This document shows, one piece after another, positions 8,548 through 18,623 of a DNA stretch of 64,000 bases. The stretch comes from Phycisphaerae bacterium (GTDB lineage: Bacteria > Planctomycetota > Phycisphaerae > UBA1845 > Fen-1342), in the NCBI GenBank assembly GCA_963666925.2, contig CAXXTC010000005.1:32001-96000 (forward strand). The letters are read 5' to 3'. Each line of letters starts with the position of its first letter. Positions within the stretch are counted from its first letter, which is position 1. The notes beneath the pieces are model-generated. The model had not been told where the DNA came from. It saw only the letters and a list, made by a program, of their open reading frames with translations, and searched no databases. Made by a program: the position numbers and the translations under genes.

Positions 8548-10773
8548 TCAGATAGGTTCCGGCTCGCGAAGCGGCCCGTCCGGCGACCGGCGGCCGAACA
8601 TGCAGATCAGGACCCCGATCAGCGTCAAACCCAAAGCGCCCAGCACCCACGCCACGGGCGGGTAACCGCCGTCGCCGACCACGTAGCCCAGTCGTTCCAG
8701 CACGGGCTGCAACGCGTCCGAGCGCCCCGACAGCACGGCCAGGCCGTTGTTCAGCAGGTGCGCCAGCATGGCCGGATAGATCGACCCGAAGCGGATCACG
8801 AGCACCCCGAAGAGCACGCCCAGGCCCGCGGTCACCGCCAAGCGATGGATGCTGTGATGATTGGCGCCGAAAGCGACGGCAACGATGAGGATTGCGAAGA
8901 TGACGCCCAGCGATCCGCGCAACCCCTGGAGCGCAAAGCCGCGGAAAAACAGCTCTTCGCCGATGGCCGGCACCAGAGCAACAAAGAAGACGACGACCAG
9001 AGGATTGATCTGATCCAGCACACCGAGCATCTCGCCGAACGCCTGCTCGTACTCGCGCGGGATCGGCAGCCAGGTCTCCTGGAAGCTCAGCCAAACCTGG
9101 CTCAGGATCCAAACAGAGGACCCGAAGCACAGCGCCGCGATCCAGCCACCCAGCGGCGGCAGGCGCAGCGCGAAGGTCTCCTTGATATTCACGCGGGCGT
9201 ACAAACACAGCGCCAACGGCGCGCCCACGAACAGCCCGAAGATCACCGCCGTCAGCCCCCCCCAATACCACATCGTGCCCAGCACGCCGGGCTTGGCCAA
9301 CAACGCCTGCTGGATGAAGAAGTTAGCCGAGAATACGGCCGCAATGAGCAGAAACGCCTGGGCCACATTAGGCCAGCGTGCCGGCTTGAAGAAACGCCGC
9401 TGGAAAATGGTCTTGATCGAACCGCTGTCGGCAAAGAGCACCGCTTCCTGGCCGAACAGCTTGGCGGCGACGGCCACCGCCGCCCCGGCATAAATCGTCG
9501 TCGACAGCGTCACCCAGAGTATGTTTACGGTGCTCCCCTGCCCGGTGAACAGGTCGCGCGTTAAAATCACGATGTTCGTCACCGGCATGATCAGCAGTGG
9601 CCCGCTCAGCTTCATCCCCGGCAACGCCCCAACCACCGCCGGTATCAGCGCCGCCACCATCACCGGCATGACGTAGTTCTGAGCCTCCTTGAAGCTGCGC
9701 GCAAAGCTGCACACGGCAAGCAGAACCGCACTGAACATGATTGCGAGCGGAACCAGCACCACCAGCACCCACGGCAGCGCCTTGAGCGGAATCACCACCG
9801 CGCTCTGCTGCGTAAGAATCTGCCCCAGCCCGCCCAGGTAGATCGTCCCGCCGATCGACAACAGGTTCAGCCCCGCACTGAGCATGCCTATCAATGCCAC
9901 GACGACAAACTTGCCCGCAATCAGATCAACCGTGGGCACCGGAGCGACCATGAGCGTTTCGAGCGTGCCGCGCTCACGCTCGCCGGCCGTCAGATCGATG
10001 GCCGGGTAAATTGCCCCAGTGATGGTCATGATGATCAGAATGAGCGGGACAATCTGTCCGAGGATCGAGCCGCCGACCTTTTCCGGCGTCGCGACGGTTT
10101 CCTGAACCACGTCGATCGGCCGCACGAACGTGTCGGCCAGGTTCTCACGCCGCAGACGCTGGCGCAGCAGCTCGCTATCGGCCCGCTCAAAAACACCTCC
10201 CAGACCCGCCACCGCCATCTGGCTACGAATCTCAGTCTGGTCCAGCAGAAGCGTGATGGGCGCTGACGCGTCGCCCGCGGCGCTGGGTGGCGGACCGCCC
10301 AGCACAACGCCGGCATGCAATTCCCCCTCCAAAACCTGTTTCGCCAGGAGTTCGGGATCGCTGACGATCTCGATCCGGTACTCTGGCGGCGTGGCCCGCA
10401 CACTCTCCCGGGCTGCGTCCGTCGGCGATTCATCGCGCGTCGCATCCTCTTCGTCGCCCGCGAGCTCGCCTTCCTTCCCCTTCTTCGCCAACTCCTCGGC
10501 CGACATTTCGGGCTGCGCCCCAGGCTGTCGCGCCGGGTCAGTGTCGATCATGTGGCGCAGCCACGACCGCACACTCTCCGACATCACGCCAACCCGATAC
10601 TCCTCCTGACGCAGTCGACTGACCTGCAACTCGAAACCCTGGAGCGAGCCCAGAATCATGGCCGGATACAGCACGATCGGCACCAGGATCATCGCGATCA
10701 GCGTGCGCCGATCGCGGAGCGTGTCGATCAACTCCTTGCGCCAGATAGTATTAATACGCGACAGGCGACTCAT
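8548..10773 (-). CDS. NatB-like ABC permease fused to a CPBP (CAAX/Abi) intramembrane protease
   Basis: KELIDTLRDRRT, AGERERGTLETL; CPBP motifs EELFFRG, FGANH, HLLNN. Confidence 0.9.
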   Translation of the reverse strand: MSRLSRINTIWRKELIDTLRDRRTLIAMILVPIVLYPAMILGSLQGFELQVSRLRQEEYRVGVMSESVRSWLRHMIDTDPARQPGAQPEMSAEELAKKGKEGELAGDEEDATRDESPTDAARESVRATPPEYRIEIVSDPELLAKQVLEGELHAGVVLGGPPPSAAGDASAPITLLLDQTEIRSQMAVAGLGGVFERADSELLRQRLRRENLADTFVRPIDVVQETVATPEKVGGSILGQIVPLILIIMTITGAIYPAIDLTAGERERGTLETLMVAPVPTVDLIAGKFVVVALIGMLSAGLNLLSIGGTIYLGGLGQILTQQSAVVIPLKALPWVLVVLVPLAIMFSAVLLAVCSFARSFKEAQNYVMPVMVAALIPAVVGALPGMKLSGPLLIMPVTNIVILTRDLFTGQGSTVNILWVTLSTTIYAGAAVAVAAKLFGQEAVLFADSGSIKTIFQRRFFKPARWPNVAQAFLLIAAVFSANFFIQQALLAKPGVLGTMWYWGGLTAVIFGLFVGAPLALCLYARVNIKETFALRLPPLGGWIAALCFGSSVWILSQVWLSFQETWLPIPREYEQAFGEMLGVLDQINPLVVVFFVALVPAIGEELFFRGFALQGLRGSLGVIFAILIVAVAFGANHHSIHRLAVTAGLGVLFGVLVIRFGSIYPAMLAHLLNNGLAVLSGRSDALQPVLERLGYVVGDGGYPPVAWVLGALGLTLIGVLICMFGRRSPDGPLREPEPI

Positions 10774-10860
10774 GCTGCACCAGATCCGGACCGGCAGCGC
10801 AACTCGTCAGCGATCGCAGCGACCGCGCGGTTGACACTACCATTCCCGCATGTTGAAGCC

Positions 10861-11613
10861 TTATCCGGCAAAGACCGACTCCGCTGCCCCGACCAGTTGC
10901 AGGAACACCTCGCTCAGTCGACTACGGCCTGTCTGTTTCCTCAGATCCTCAAGCTCGCCCTCGGCCACCAGCCGACCATCGTGAATCAGCCCGATCCGCT
11001 TGCACATCGTCTCGATCTCATCCAGGGCATGCGTCGACAGCAGCACGGCCTTACCCTGCTCGGCCTGCGTCCGAATGAACTCGAGGATGATCCGGTTGCT
11101 CAGCACATCGAGCCCCAGCGTGGGCTCGTCCAGCACCAGTATGGGCGGGTCGGCTATCAGCGCCCGGGCGATGTTGGTCCGCTGTTTCTGCCCCGTCGAA
11201 AGCGCCCCGCAACGCAAATTCACGTACGACTCCATCCCCAGCCAGGACACCAGGGCCTCAATTCGGCGCCGGGCCGCCTCACGCGGGATGTCATACAGCG
11301 TCGCAAAATACTCCAGCATCTCCCGCGGGGTCAGACGCACATACAACCCGGTGTTAGCCGTCAGGTAGCCAATCTGCCGCTTGACCAGCTCCGGCTCGGC
11401 AGTGACGTTGGTCCCATCGATCCACACCGCTCCCGCCGTCGGTCGCAGAAGCCCGCTGATCATGCGCAGCGTGGTGGTCTTGCCGGCCCCATTAGGCCCC
11501 AACAGCCCATAAATCTCCCCGGGACGCACCTCAAAGTCGACATGATCGACCGCGATCTTCTCGGTGCCGTCGGGGTTGGGAAAAACCTTGGTTAGCTGTT
11601 CGATCCGGATCAT
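10861..11613 (-). CDS. NatA-like ABC transporter ATP-binding protein
   Basis: GPNGAGKTT, LSTGQKQR, LVLDEPT. Confidence 0.95.
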   Translation of the reverse strand: MIRIEQLTKVFPNPDGTEKIAVDHVDFEVRPGEIYGLLGPNGAGKTTTLRMISGLLRPTAGAVWIDGTNVTAEPELVKRQIGYLTANTGLYVRLTPREMLEYFATLYDIPREAARRRIEALVSWLGMESYVNLRCGALSTGQKQRTNIARALIADPPILVLDEPTLGLDVLSNRIILEFIRTQAEQGKAVLLSTHALDEIETMCKRIGLIHDGRLVAEGELEDLRKQTGRSRLSEVFLQLVGAAESVFAG

Positions 11614-11756
11614 GCTGCCATCCGTGTGCGTCCGAACCGGGTTCGGCGGTCCCCTTCTTATCGGGTGTTCGGCGGCTGACCTTGTGGGCGCCGACGCCGC
11701 CCGCGAATGCGGTAGCGTAGCGGATCGAGCCCGACTCCGCGACCGCGGGGCTGTGG

Positions 11757-13355
11757 TTACACAAGTGAAATAAGCGGCCGGTCACGCTGCTCCGACGCGG
11801 TGGTGGGCAGCTTCACCCAGAAGGTGGCCCCGTGCCCGAGCATGCTATCGACCCCAATCTCGCCGCCGAGCAGGTGCGTCAGCTCCCGGGCGATCGCCAG
11901 CCCGAGACCGGTGCCATGATGCTCGCGCGTGGCCGACTGGTCGATCTGACGGAACTTCTCAAAAATGACCTGCTGATCTTCGGGCGCTATGCCGGGCCCG
12001 GTATCACGCGCCCAGAGCCGTACGTGCTGATCATCGACCCGCTCGGCTCCAAGCCAGACGCGCCCACCCTCGGGCGTAAACTTGATCGCGTTGGACAGCA
12101 GGTTAAACAGAATCTGCCGCAGCCGACCCCGATCGGTAAACACCGCCGGCAACCCCTGATCAGCCTCCTGGATTAGCCGAACTTTCTTTTTGTCCGCCAG
12201 CGGCCGAACATAATCCAGCAACGTCCCACACAAATCCTCGACACGCACCGATTCGATCCGCAGTTCGGTCTTGCCCGCCTCCAGCTTCGCCAAATCGAGC
12301 AGGTCGTTGATGATCTCCAGCAGAATCCGCCCCGAAATTAGAATGTTCTCCGCATAACGCGCCAGCCGAACGTCGGCATCGCTCTGCGGACTCTCGCGCA
12401 GCAGCTCAGCAAACCCGATAATACTCGTCAGCGGCGTGCGCAATTCGTGCGAAACATTGGCCAGGAACTCGCTCTTGACCCGGTTGGCCTCATACAACGC
12501 CACGTTCGTCTCGGCCATCTCGCCGAGCTTCTCATCGAGCAACTGATTGGCCTTGCGCAGCTCCTCCTGCGATGCCCGTAGACGCTCGAGCATCGTGTTC
12601 AGGTTCTCGGAAAGCTGTTCAAACTCGTCACCGGTCTGCACCGTCGCGCGGACATTCATGTCGCCATCAGTGACGCGCAGCGCGACCGAACGCAGCTCCT
12701 GGATCGGCGAGAGTATGAAACGCGTCGTGATCACGTAGAAAACCAGGATGGCGAGAATTCCCGCCAGCGCCCCAGCCGCCACGATCACCACCCGGTTGAG
12801 CAGCGACGATTGACCGCTCTGCTCGATCGGCAGCGACACGGCGATCACCCCCGCGAGTTGGTTCTCGCGATAGGGTCGGGCGCTGCCACCCTCGTCGTGA
12901 CAGCCCAGGCAGCCGCGTGTAACCCACACAGCATGGGCATAGCGAAACTGTCGACCCGCGTCGTCGCGCACCGCGCGGTAGTAAAACTCCTTGTTGGGGT
13001 GACGCCGAAAGGAGCGCAGCGCCTCGCTGACAAACTCGTCGCCACCCGCGGCGACCTCGTCCGGGGCGTTCTCCTCCGACTGCTGCTCGGCCCGCAGGAA
13101 GCGCGGGCGCTGCGTCTGCTTCTCGGGCAGCAGGCTGAACTTCCCACTGTGCACGCTGCCCGCACCCGCCGGATGATCTGGCACCGGCAAGCTCGCGCGG
13201 AAGTAGTCCTCGACGACGGCCTGTGCCTCGCGGAAGGGCTGCTGATAGATGATGACCTCCATGTAATACCACGGCACCGCCAGCGCAGCGCCGATGATCA
13301 GCGCTACCGCCAGGCCGAAAAGAATCCGCGTTTTGGTGGCCAGTGATATCCGCAC
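11757..13355 (-). CDS. Membrane sensor histidine kinase (DUF3365-like CxxCH sensor, HAMP, HisKA, HATPase)
   Basis: Two TM segments around CLGCH (12897-12911); FLANVSHELRTPL, NLLSNAIKFT, DTGPGI, GTGLGL. Start is GTG 13355 or ATG 13421; a minus-strand TATAAT at 13420-13425 favours 13355. Confidence 0.9.
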   Translation of the reverse strand: MRISLATKTRILFGLAVALIIGAALAVPWYYMEVIIYQQPFREAQAVVEDYFRASLPVPDHPAGAGSVHSGKFSLLPEKQTQRPRFLRAEQQSEENAPDEVAAGGDEFVSEALRSFRRHPNKEFYYRAVRDDAGRQFRYAHAVWVTRGCLGCHDEGGSARPYRENQLAGVIAVSLPIEQSGQSSLLNRVVIVAAGALAGILAILVFYVITTRFILSPIQELRSVALRVTDGDMNVRATVQTGDEFEQLSENLNTMLERLRASQEELRKANQLLDEKLGEMAETNVALYEANRVKSEFLANVSHELRTPLTSIIGFAELLRESPQSDADVRLARYAENILISGRILLEIINDLLDLAKLEAGKTELRIESVRVEDLCGTLLDYVRPLADKKKVRLIQEADQGLPAVFTDRGRLRQILFNLLSNAIKFTPEGGRVWLGAERVDDQHVRLWARDTGPGIAPEDQQVIFEKFRQIDQSATREHHGTGLGLAIARELTHLLGGEIGVDSMLGHGATFWVKLPTTASEQRDRPLISLV

Positions 13356-13585
13356 GGGGCGCCTGCTGCGTGGGATTGTCAGGAGTTGTCGAACCGCCGA
13401 TCGGTCCCGCGTGGACTTCATTATAAAGCGTGACGCGCAGCGATGCGCGGGCCGCTGGTTTGCCCGCAAACGCTGCACCCGCGTATAGTGCACCCGGTGC
13501 TGGTCTGCCGACCGCATGCCAGGCGCACGCCCGGCCGCCGTCAATCAACACCGCCTACGATGCCTCCAGCCGTAACGAGGTGGCA

Positions 13586-15454
13586 ATGAAGACCGTATCC
13601 GTTCGGCAAACTCTCACGTGGCAGGCGCTCACCCTGCTCATACTGCTATCCGCGAGCTTGAATGGCTGCAATATCGTCGCACAGACGGATCGCCAGGTGG
13701 CAACACTGATCGCCGCTCGACAGCGCCATGCCCTGGGCTGCTCCGTGCCCGTCGACGTCGGCCACGACGAGCCCGAATCGATAGAGAACGCGTACGCCCG
13801 AAACCCCCGGCCAACCACACTGGAGGTGCCGCCCGGGTTTGAGCCGACCACCACACAACCCGCCGAAACTCAACCGGCCATCACGCTATCAACCGCGGCA
13901 CAGCCAACCACCACCCAAGCGGCGGTAACCCAACCCACCACTACGCTGCCAGCCGAAACACAACCAGCACCGTCCCGCGGGTCGGTCTTCACGCTGACCG
14001 ACGCATTGGCCTATGCCCAGCGTCACCGGCGGGCCTATCAAACCGCCAAGGAAGAGCTCTACTTGGCAGCGTTGAACCTGACGCTCGAACGCCACCTTTG
14101 GACGCCCATCTTCGCCGCCAGTCTGCGCACGGTATACGGCAACTACGGCGAGGCCCAGGACTTCGACCAGGCCATGCGCTTCGTCGGCGATTTGGAGGTT
14201 TCCCAGCGGCTGCCCTACGGCGGCGAGTTCACCGCCGGGATGATCAGCACGCTGATCCGTGACGTGGGCAAAACCATCACCGCCGAGGAACAAAGCGAGG
14301 TCGTCCTGGGGCTGACGGTACCACTCCTACGCGGGGCCGGCCACGTGGCCCAGGAGAACCTCATCCAGCTCGAGCGTGAGCTGACTTACTCGGTGCGAAC
14401 GTTCGAGCGCTATCGGCGCAGCCAGCTCGTATCGGTCGCACGGGCGTATTTCAATCTCCTGCGGTACAAGCAGGCGGTGCTGGACAGCCAGGACAGCCTC
14501 GAGCGCGCCATCATCGACTTCCAGCGCGCCCAGGACGTAGAGGAACTTCCCAACGGCAGCCCGCTCGACACGCAACGTGCCGAGCAGCGCATGCTGAGCC
14601 AGCAAAACTCACTTGAAATCGCACGCGAGTCTTTCCGCGCCCTGGCCGACGACTTCAAGATTCTCATTGGCATGCCGGTGGATGAGCCGCTGGGCCTTGA
14701 TGATCTGGAAAACATCGAAATCATCGAGCGGCAGATCGCCACCGGCCAATACCCATTGCTGCGGCGCGTGCCGGCCGTCCAGAACGAAGAGCTGGCCGTC
14801 CAGGTCGCGCTCGAGCGGCGCTTCGATCTGCTTACCTCTTGCGACCGAATCGACGATGCCCGACGCGACGTGGCGATCAGCCGCAACGCCCTGCTACCCG
14901 ACCTTAACTGGTCCGGATCAGTGCGTTTCGACACCCAGGACGATCACTACAACATGGGCGCGTTCCACTTCGAGCGCGCCAACTGGTACACCGAGCTCGA
15001 GCTGGAGTTGCCGGTGGAGCGCACCGCGGAGCGCAACGAGCTGCGCCGTTCCCTGATCGAAGTGCGCCAAACCCAACGTGCGGCGACCGACCTGGCCGAG
15101 CGCATCCGCGCCGACGTGCGCAGCGCGGTCAACCAGTTACGCCTCCAGGAAATCTCGCTACGGATTCAAAAGCGTAACGTCGAGGTCGCCCGGAGTCGCG
15201 CGGAGTACGCCAAGTACCGCTTCGAGGAAATCGGCGACATCTCCAACCGCGACAAGATCGAAGCCGAGACGGAGCTACTCGACGCGTTGAACGCACTCAA
15301 CGAAGCCAAGACCGCCCGCTGGAGCGCGCTACTCGAGTTCCGCCTGGCCACCGAAACGCTCCAGATCGACGAACAGGGCGAGCAGTCAGCGCTGCCAGAC
15401 ATCGACTACCCCCTGCCCGCCCCCCCCTGCGACCAGAACCTGTCGCCCGAATAA
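13586..15454 (+). CDS. TolC-family outer-membrane lipoprotein
   Basis: Lipobox LNGC; TLTDALAYA, ARAYFNLL, NALLPDLN OEP-type repeats; TTQP-rich linker. Confidence 0.85.
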   Translation: MKTVSVRQTLTWQALTLLILLSASLNGCNIVAQTDRQVATLIAARQRHALGCSVPVDVGHDEPESIENAYARNPRPTTLEVPPGFEPTTTQPAETQPAITLSTAAQPTTTQAAVTQPTTTLPAETQPAPSRGSVFTLTDALAYAQRHRRAYQTAKEELYLAALNLTLERHLWTPIFAASLRTVYGNYGEAQDFDQAMRFVGDLEVSQRLPYGGEFTAGMISTLIRDVGKTITAEEQSEVVLGLTVPLLRGAGHVAQENLIQLERELTYSVRTFERYRRSQLVSVARAYFNLLRYKQAVLDSQDSLERAIIDFQRAQDVEELPNGSPLDTQRAEQRMLSQQNSLEIARESFRALADDFKILIGMPVDEPLGLDDLENIEIIERQIATGQYPLLRRVPAVQNEELAVQVALERRFDLLTSCDRIDDARRDVAISRNALLPDLNWSGSVRFDTQDDHYNMGAFHFERANWYTELELELPVERTAERNELRRSLIEVRQTQRAATDLAERIRADVRSAVNQLRLQEISLRIQKRNVEVARSRAEYAKYRFEEIGDISNRDKIEAETELLDALNALNEAKTARWSALLEFRLATETLQIDEQGEQSALPDIDYPLPAPPCDQNLSPE

Positions 15455-15504
15455 GCCTGCGCACCGCCACTGTAGCCTTTCACGCTGTTTGCATGATATC
15501 AAGT

Positions 15505-15574
15505 GTGGGGCGGGCGTCTCGCCCGCCGTTTACGGCCCACAATCGAGGCTTGGCGGGCGGGACGCCCGCCCCAC
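15505..15574. repeat. REP-like palindromic doublet, family B, between convergent genes
   Basis: GTGGGGCGGGCGTCTCGCCCGCC (15505-15527) is the inverted repeat of 15552-15574 with one mismatch; partial copy at 54605. Confidence 0.85.
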
Positions 15575-15603
15575 CCCCGATGCGTGACTGGCGAAAGAGC
15601 CAC

Positions 15604-16593
15604 CTACGGATTGGGCGCCTGCACGCGATTCTCCTCCATCAACTTGTTGAACTTCCGCCGCAGGGACGAATCCATCACCCGGATATTGGCGCGGTTGAAC
15701 AGCTCACCCACCAACGTATTCATCTTCTCGGGAATGACGCGTTCGCGCATGCGCTCCTCAACTTGGTCGCGCACCTCGTCAAAACTCGACCCTGCCGGCG
15801 GAATCCGCCCCTCCAGTTTCACTACGTGCCACCAGCGCCCGATCTTCAGCGGCGCCGTCACCATCTCGCCCGGCTTCATCGCGAATGCCTGCTCGCGCAG
15901 CGCGGGGGCGATCTCTGGATCATCAAAAGTGAACGGCTCCATCAGCCCGCCGCGCGGAGCGGTGTCCGGGTTCTGGCTGGTACCACGGGCGACGTCGGCA
16001 AAATCGGTCCCCTGCTCGAGCTGCTTGATCACCTCGTAGAGCGTGTTCGAATCGCCCACGGGAATCTGGATGTGCCGCAGTTGCACCTTCTCACCATAGG
16101 TCCGGGCATACTCCTCGTGCAACGTGGCCTCGTCAACACGAAAACCACGCTCCACTACCTTGCGCAGGTGCGCGTTCCGCTCCATGCCCAGCATGAACTC
16201 CGCCATGGAGATGTTCTTCTGCTGGAGGAGAAACTCGAGCGACTGCCGACGTTCTTCCGGCGAAAGCCGCTTGCCGTCCTCCGAGATCTCCGGCGCGATG
16301 CGGTCCAGCGCCCGGTCATACTCCGCATCCACGTCCGCGAGCACGACCGGCAACCCCAAACGTTGCGTCTCGGCCTTGGCCAGTTCCAGAACAATGAGCT
16401 GCTGCATCACCTGCAACCCATAGCCGTCCATGAGCACCGAAACCATCTTGTGCTTGCTAACAGGCCGACCGTTGACGATCGCGACCGCGTCGCCGTCAGC
16501 CGCCCGCGCCGCCACCGGCCAGCACAGCCCAATCAGCACAACTCCCGCCAAGCACAAAAACCAAGCACAGCGAAATCCGGAAAGACGATACAT
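15604..16593 (-). CDS. Parvulin-type peptidyl-prolyl isomerase (SurA/PrsA-like)
   Basis: Signal peptide, AIVNGRPVS, LRHIQI, FADVARGTSQ...GG, WHVVKL. Confidence 0.9.
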   Translation of the reverse strand: MYRLSGFRCAWFLCLAGVVLIGLCWPVAARAADGDAVAIVNGRPVSKHKMVSVLMDGYGLQVMQQLIVLELAKAETQRLGLPVVLADVDAEYDRALDRIAPEISEDGKRLSPEERRQSLEFLLQQKNISMAEFMLGMERNAHLRKVVERGFRVDEATLHEEYARTYGEKVQLRHIQIPVGDSNTLYEVIKQLEQGTDFADVARGTSQNPDTAPRGGLMEPFTFDDPEIAPALREQAFAMKPGEMVTAPLKIGRWWHVVKLEGRIPPAGSSFDEVRDQVEERMRERVIPEKMNTLVGELFNRANIRVMDSSLRRKFNKLMEENRVQAPNP

Positions 16594-16618
16594 CACTGAA
16601 TCTCCAGCGCCCGCCGAC

Positions 16619-17764
16619 TCATGTGCGGCGAGGCAGCGCACTCAATGGGCCACAATCAGACCGGGCCAGCTCGACGCGCAGCCCGCGCAGTCGGCGGCGC
16701 AACTGATCGCGCAGCCGCCCGAGCGCAGGCCGCTCACTGGCCGCATGACCAATACAAACGGCCGTAACATTGCGTTTCAACAATTCGAGCGCATCGTGGT
16801 GCTTGAACTCGCCAGTCAGCACGAGCGAATCCGCATCGCGAAAGCGGCGCACTCCAAACGCGCCGGCCGCCGCCGTCACTGACGTGAACCGCCGCCGCAA
16901 ATCGCCAACGACCGTCGCGCAGGACAGATCAACCACACCGTCCAGATTGCGCAGCAGCGCTCGCCCGGTCGCCGGTCGAGCCAGCCGCCCGACGCGTCCC
17001 AAACCGACCAGCCCGCGACCGGCCAGCGATTGCAGCGGATACAAATCAAACGCCGGCTCCTCGTACGAATGCTCTGCGTATAGCGCCCGCACGACGCCTC
17101 CCAGCCGACCGTGTGGCACAACCATCTCCAGCCGGGTTTCCTCGACGTGTTCGAGCCGCTGTTTCCGTCCCACCGTGGGGTTGGTCGTCTCGTCGCCACA
17201 GAACGTCCCCCGGCCACGCAGCTCGTAGCTGCACTCGTGATAATGCCCGATAACCCCCGCGCCGGCCGCACTCAACGCCTCCCGCAACGCCCCCACCTCC
17301 GTCGGCGGCACAAACACCACCAGCTTGTATTGCTGCCCCGCGTCGATCACCGGCTCAAGCGGATATCGCTCCACCGGCGCGAACGCGTCCAGCAGCACAT
17401 CGTTCGTCCCTCCATCCGCCACGTCCAGGGCCGTGTGGACCGCAAATATGGACACGCCGGCGCGAATCAGGTCTGCCAGCCGCGTGGTCGGCGTGGCCGC
17501 GTCGGGCGTCACCGACTTAATCCCCTTGAAAATCGGCGGATGGTACAACACCAGCGCGTCGACCCGCTTGCGCAGCGCCTCGTTAGCCACCGCGTCGGTC
17601 AGGTCGATCGCCAGCAGCGCGTGGCACACCGGCCACTCGGGGCTACCTGCGAGCAGGCCAACGTTGTCCCACTCCTCAGCTCGGCCCAGCGGCGCGATCT
17701 GATCCAGCACCGCCAGCACATCCGCGGCCACTCGGCCCACACCGCCCGCCGCACGTTTACTCAT
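16619..17764 (-). CDS. NIF3/DUF34 dinuclear metal protein with a PII-like insert
   Basis: AEEWDNVGLL, YHPPIF, HTALD, AGAGVIGHY..CS, HSYEEPAFD, TGEFKHH, GHAASE. Confidence 0.93.
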   Translation of the reverse strand: MSKRAAGGVGRVAADVLAVLDQIAPLGRAEEWDNVGLLAGSPEWPVCHALLAIDLTDAVANEALRKRVDALVLYHPPIFKGIKSVTPDAATPTTRLADLIRAGVSIFAVHTALDVADGGTNDVLLDAFAPVERYPLEPVIDAGQQYKLVVFVPPTEVGALREALSAAGAGVIGHYHECSYELRGRGTFCGDETTNPTVGRKQRLEHVEETRLEMVVPHGRLGGVVRALYAEHSYEEPAFDLYPLQSLAGRGLVGLGRVGRLARPATGRALLRNLDGVVDLSCATVVGDLRRRFTSVTAAAGAFGVRRFRDADSLVLTGEFKHHDALELLKRNVTAVCIGHAASERPALGRLRDQLRRRLRGLRVELARSDCGPLSALPRRT

Positions 17765-18620
17765 CACCCAGCTCCCGATCAATCAGCCGGCCATACGCGA
17801 TCGCCAACTCGCGCGTCAGGTCGCCGGGCTTCTCGGTGCCGATCGCTTCACGCCCAATGCGCACCACCGGCATCAGTTCCATCATGCTGTTGGTCAGGAA
17901 CACCTCGTCCGCGTTCAACAGCTCCTTCAGCGTGAGCAGTTCCTCCTGCACGGCCACGTCCAACTCGGCCGCCAGCTCCAGAACGACGGCCCGCGTGATC
18001 CCGGGCAAGACCGGCGTCTCGAGCGGCGGCGTCCACAGCGCCCCATCGCGCACCGCGAATACCGAGCTGATCGCCCCCTCAGCAACGAAGTTGTCGTGCG
18101 TCAGCCACAACGCTTCCAGCGCCCCCTCGGCATAGGCCGCTCCCAGCGACACCAGACGCGCAAAGTAGCTCGTCGTCTTGTGACCCGCGGTCGGGTCGCA
18201 ATCACTCTGCCGATATTCCGACACCACCGCCGTCACCCCCTGACGATAGTGTTCCTCCGGGTAGCGGCCTCCCTCCGCGGCCGACACCACAATTGTCAGC
18301 TCCGGCTGATCCTCCGCCGCCGGGTGCAATGAGCCGGTGGTGACCGTCAAACGCACTCGCGCATCAGCCCCGCCGAGCGCCCCGACCACCTGCTGCACGT
18401 TGTCGGCCAGCTCCTCGGTATCGGGCACCACCATCCAGCGCAGCGCATTGGCCGAATTTATCAGCCGATCCAGGTGCCGATCCAGCCGAAACACCCGGCC
18501 GCTGTAGGCGCGCATCGTCTCGAACAGCCCGATACCTTGCATGAAGCCCGAGTCGAACACGCTCACCCGCGCCTCTTCAGCGGGCATCAACACGCCATTC
18601 AAACATGCCCAATATTGCAA
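17757..18620 (-). CDS. pabC: Class IV PLP enzyme, probable 4-amino-4-deoxychorismate lyase
   Basis: GLFETMR, HLDRL, HKTTSY, EGAISSVF, LPGITR, FLTNS; directly downstream of pabB. Confidence 0.75.
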   Translation of the reverse strand: MQYWACLNGVLMPAEEARVSVFDSGFMQGIGLFETMRAYSGRVFRLDRHLDRLINSANALRWMVVPDTEELADNVQQVVGALGGADARVRLTVTTGSLHPAAEDQPELTIVVSAAEGGRYPEEHYRQGVTAVVSEYRQSDCDPTAGHKTTSYFARLVSLGAAYAEGALEALWLTHDNFVAEGAISSVFAVRDGALWTPPLETPVLPGITRAVVLELAAELDVAVQEELLTLKELLNADEVFLTNSMMELMPVVRIGREAIGTEKPGDLTRELAIAYGRLIDRELGDE

Positions 18621-18623
18621 GCG

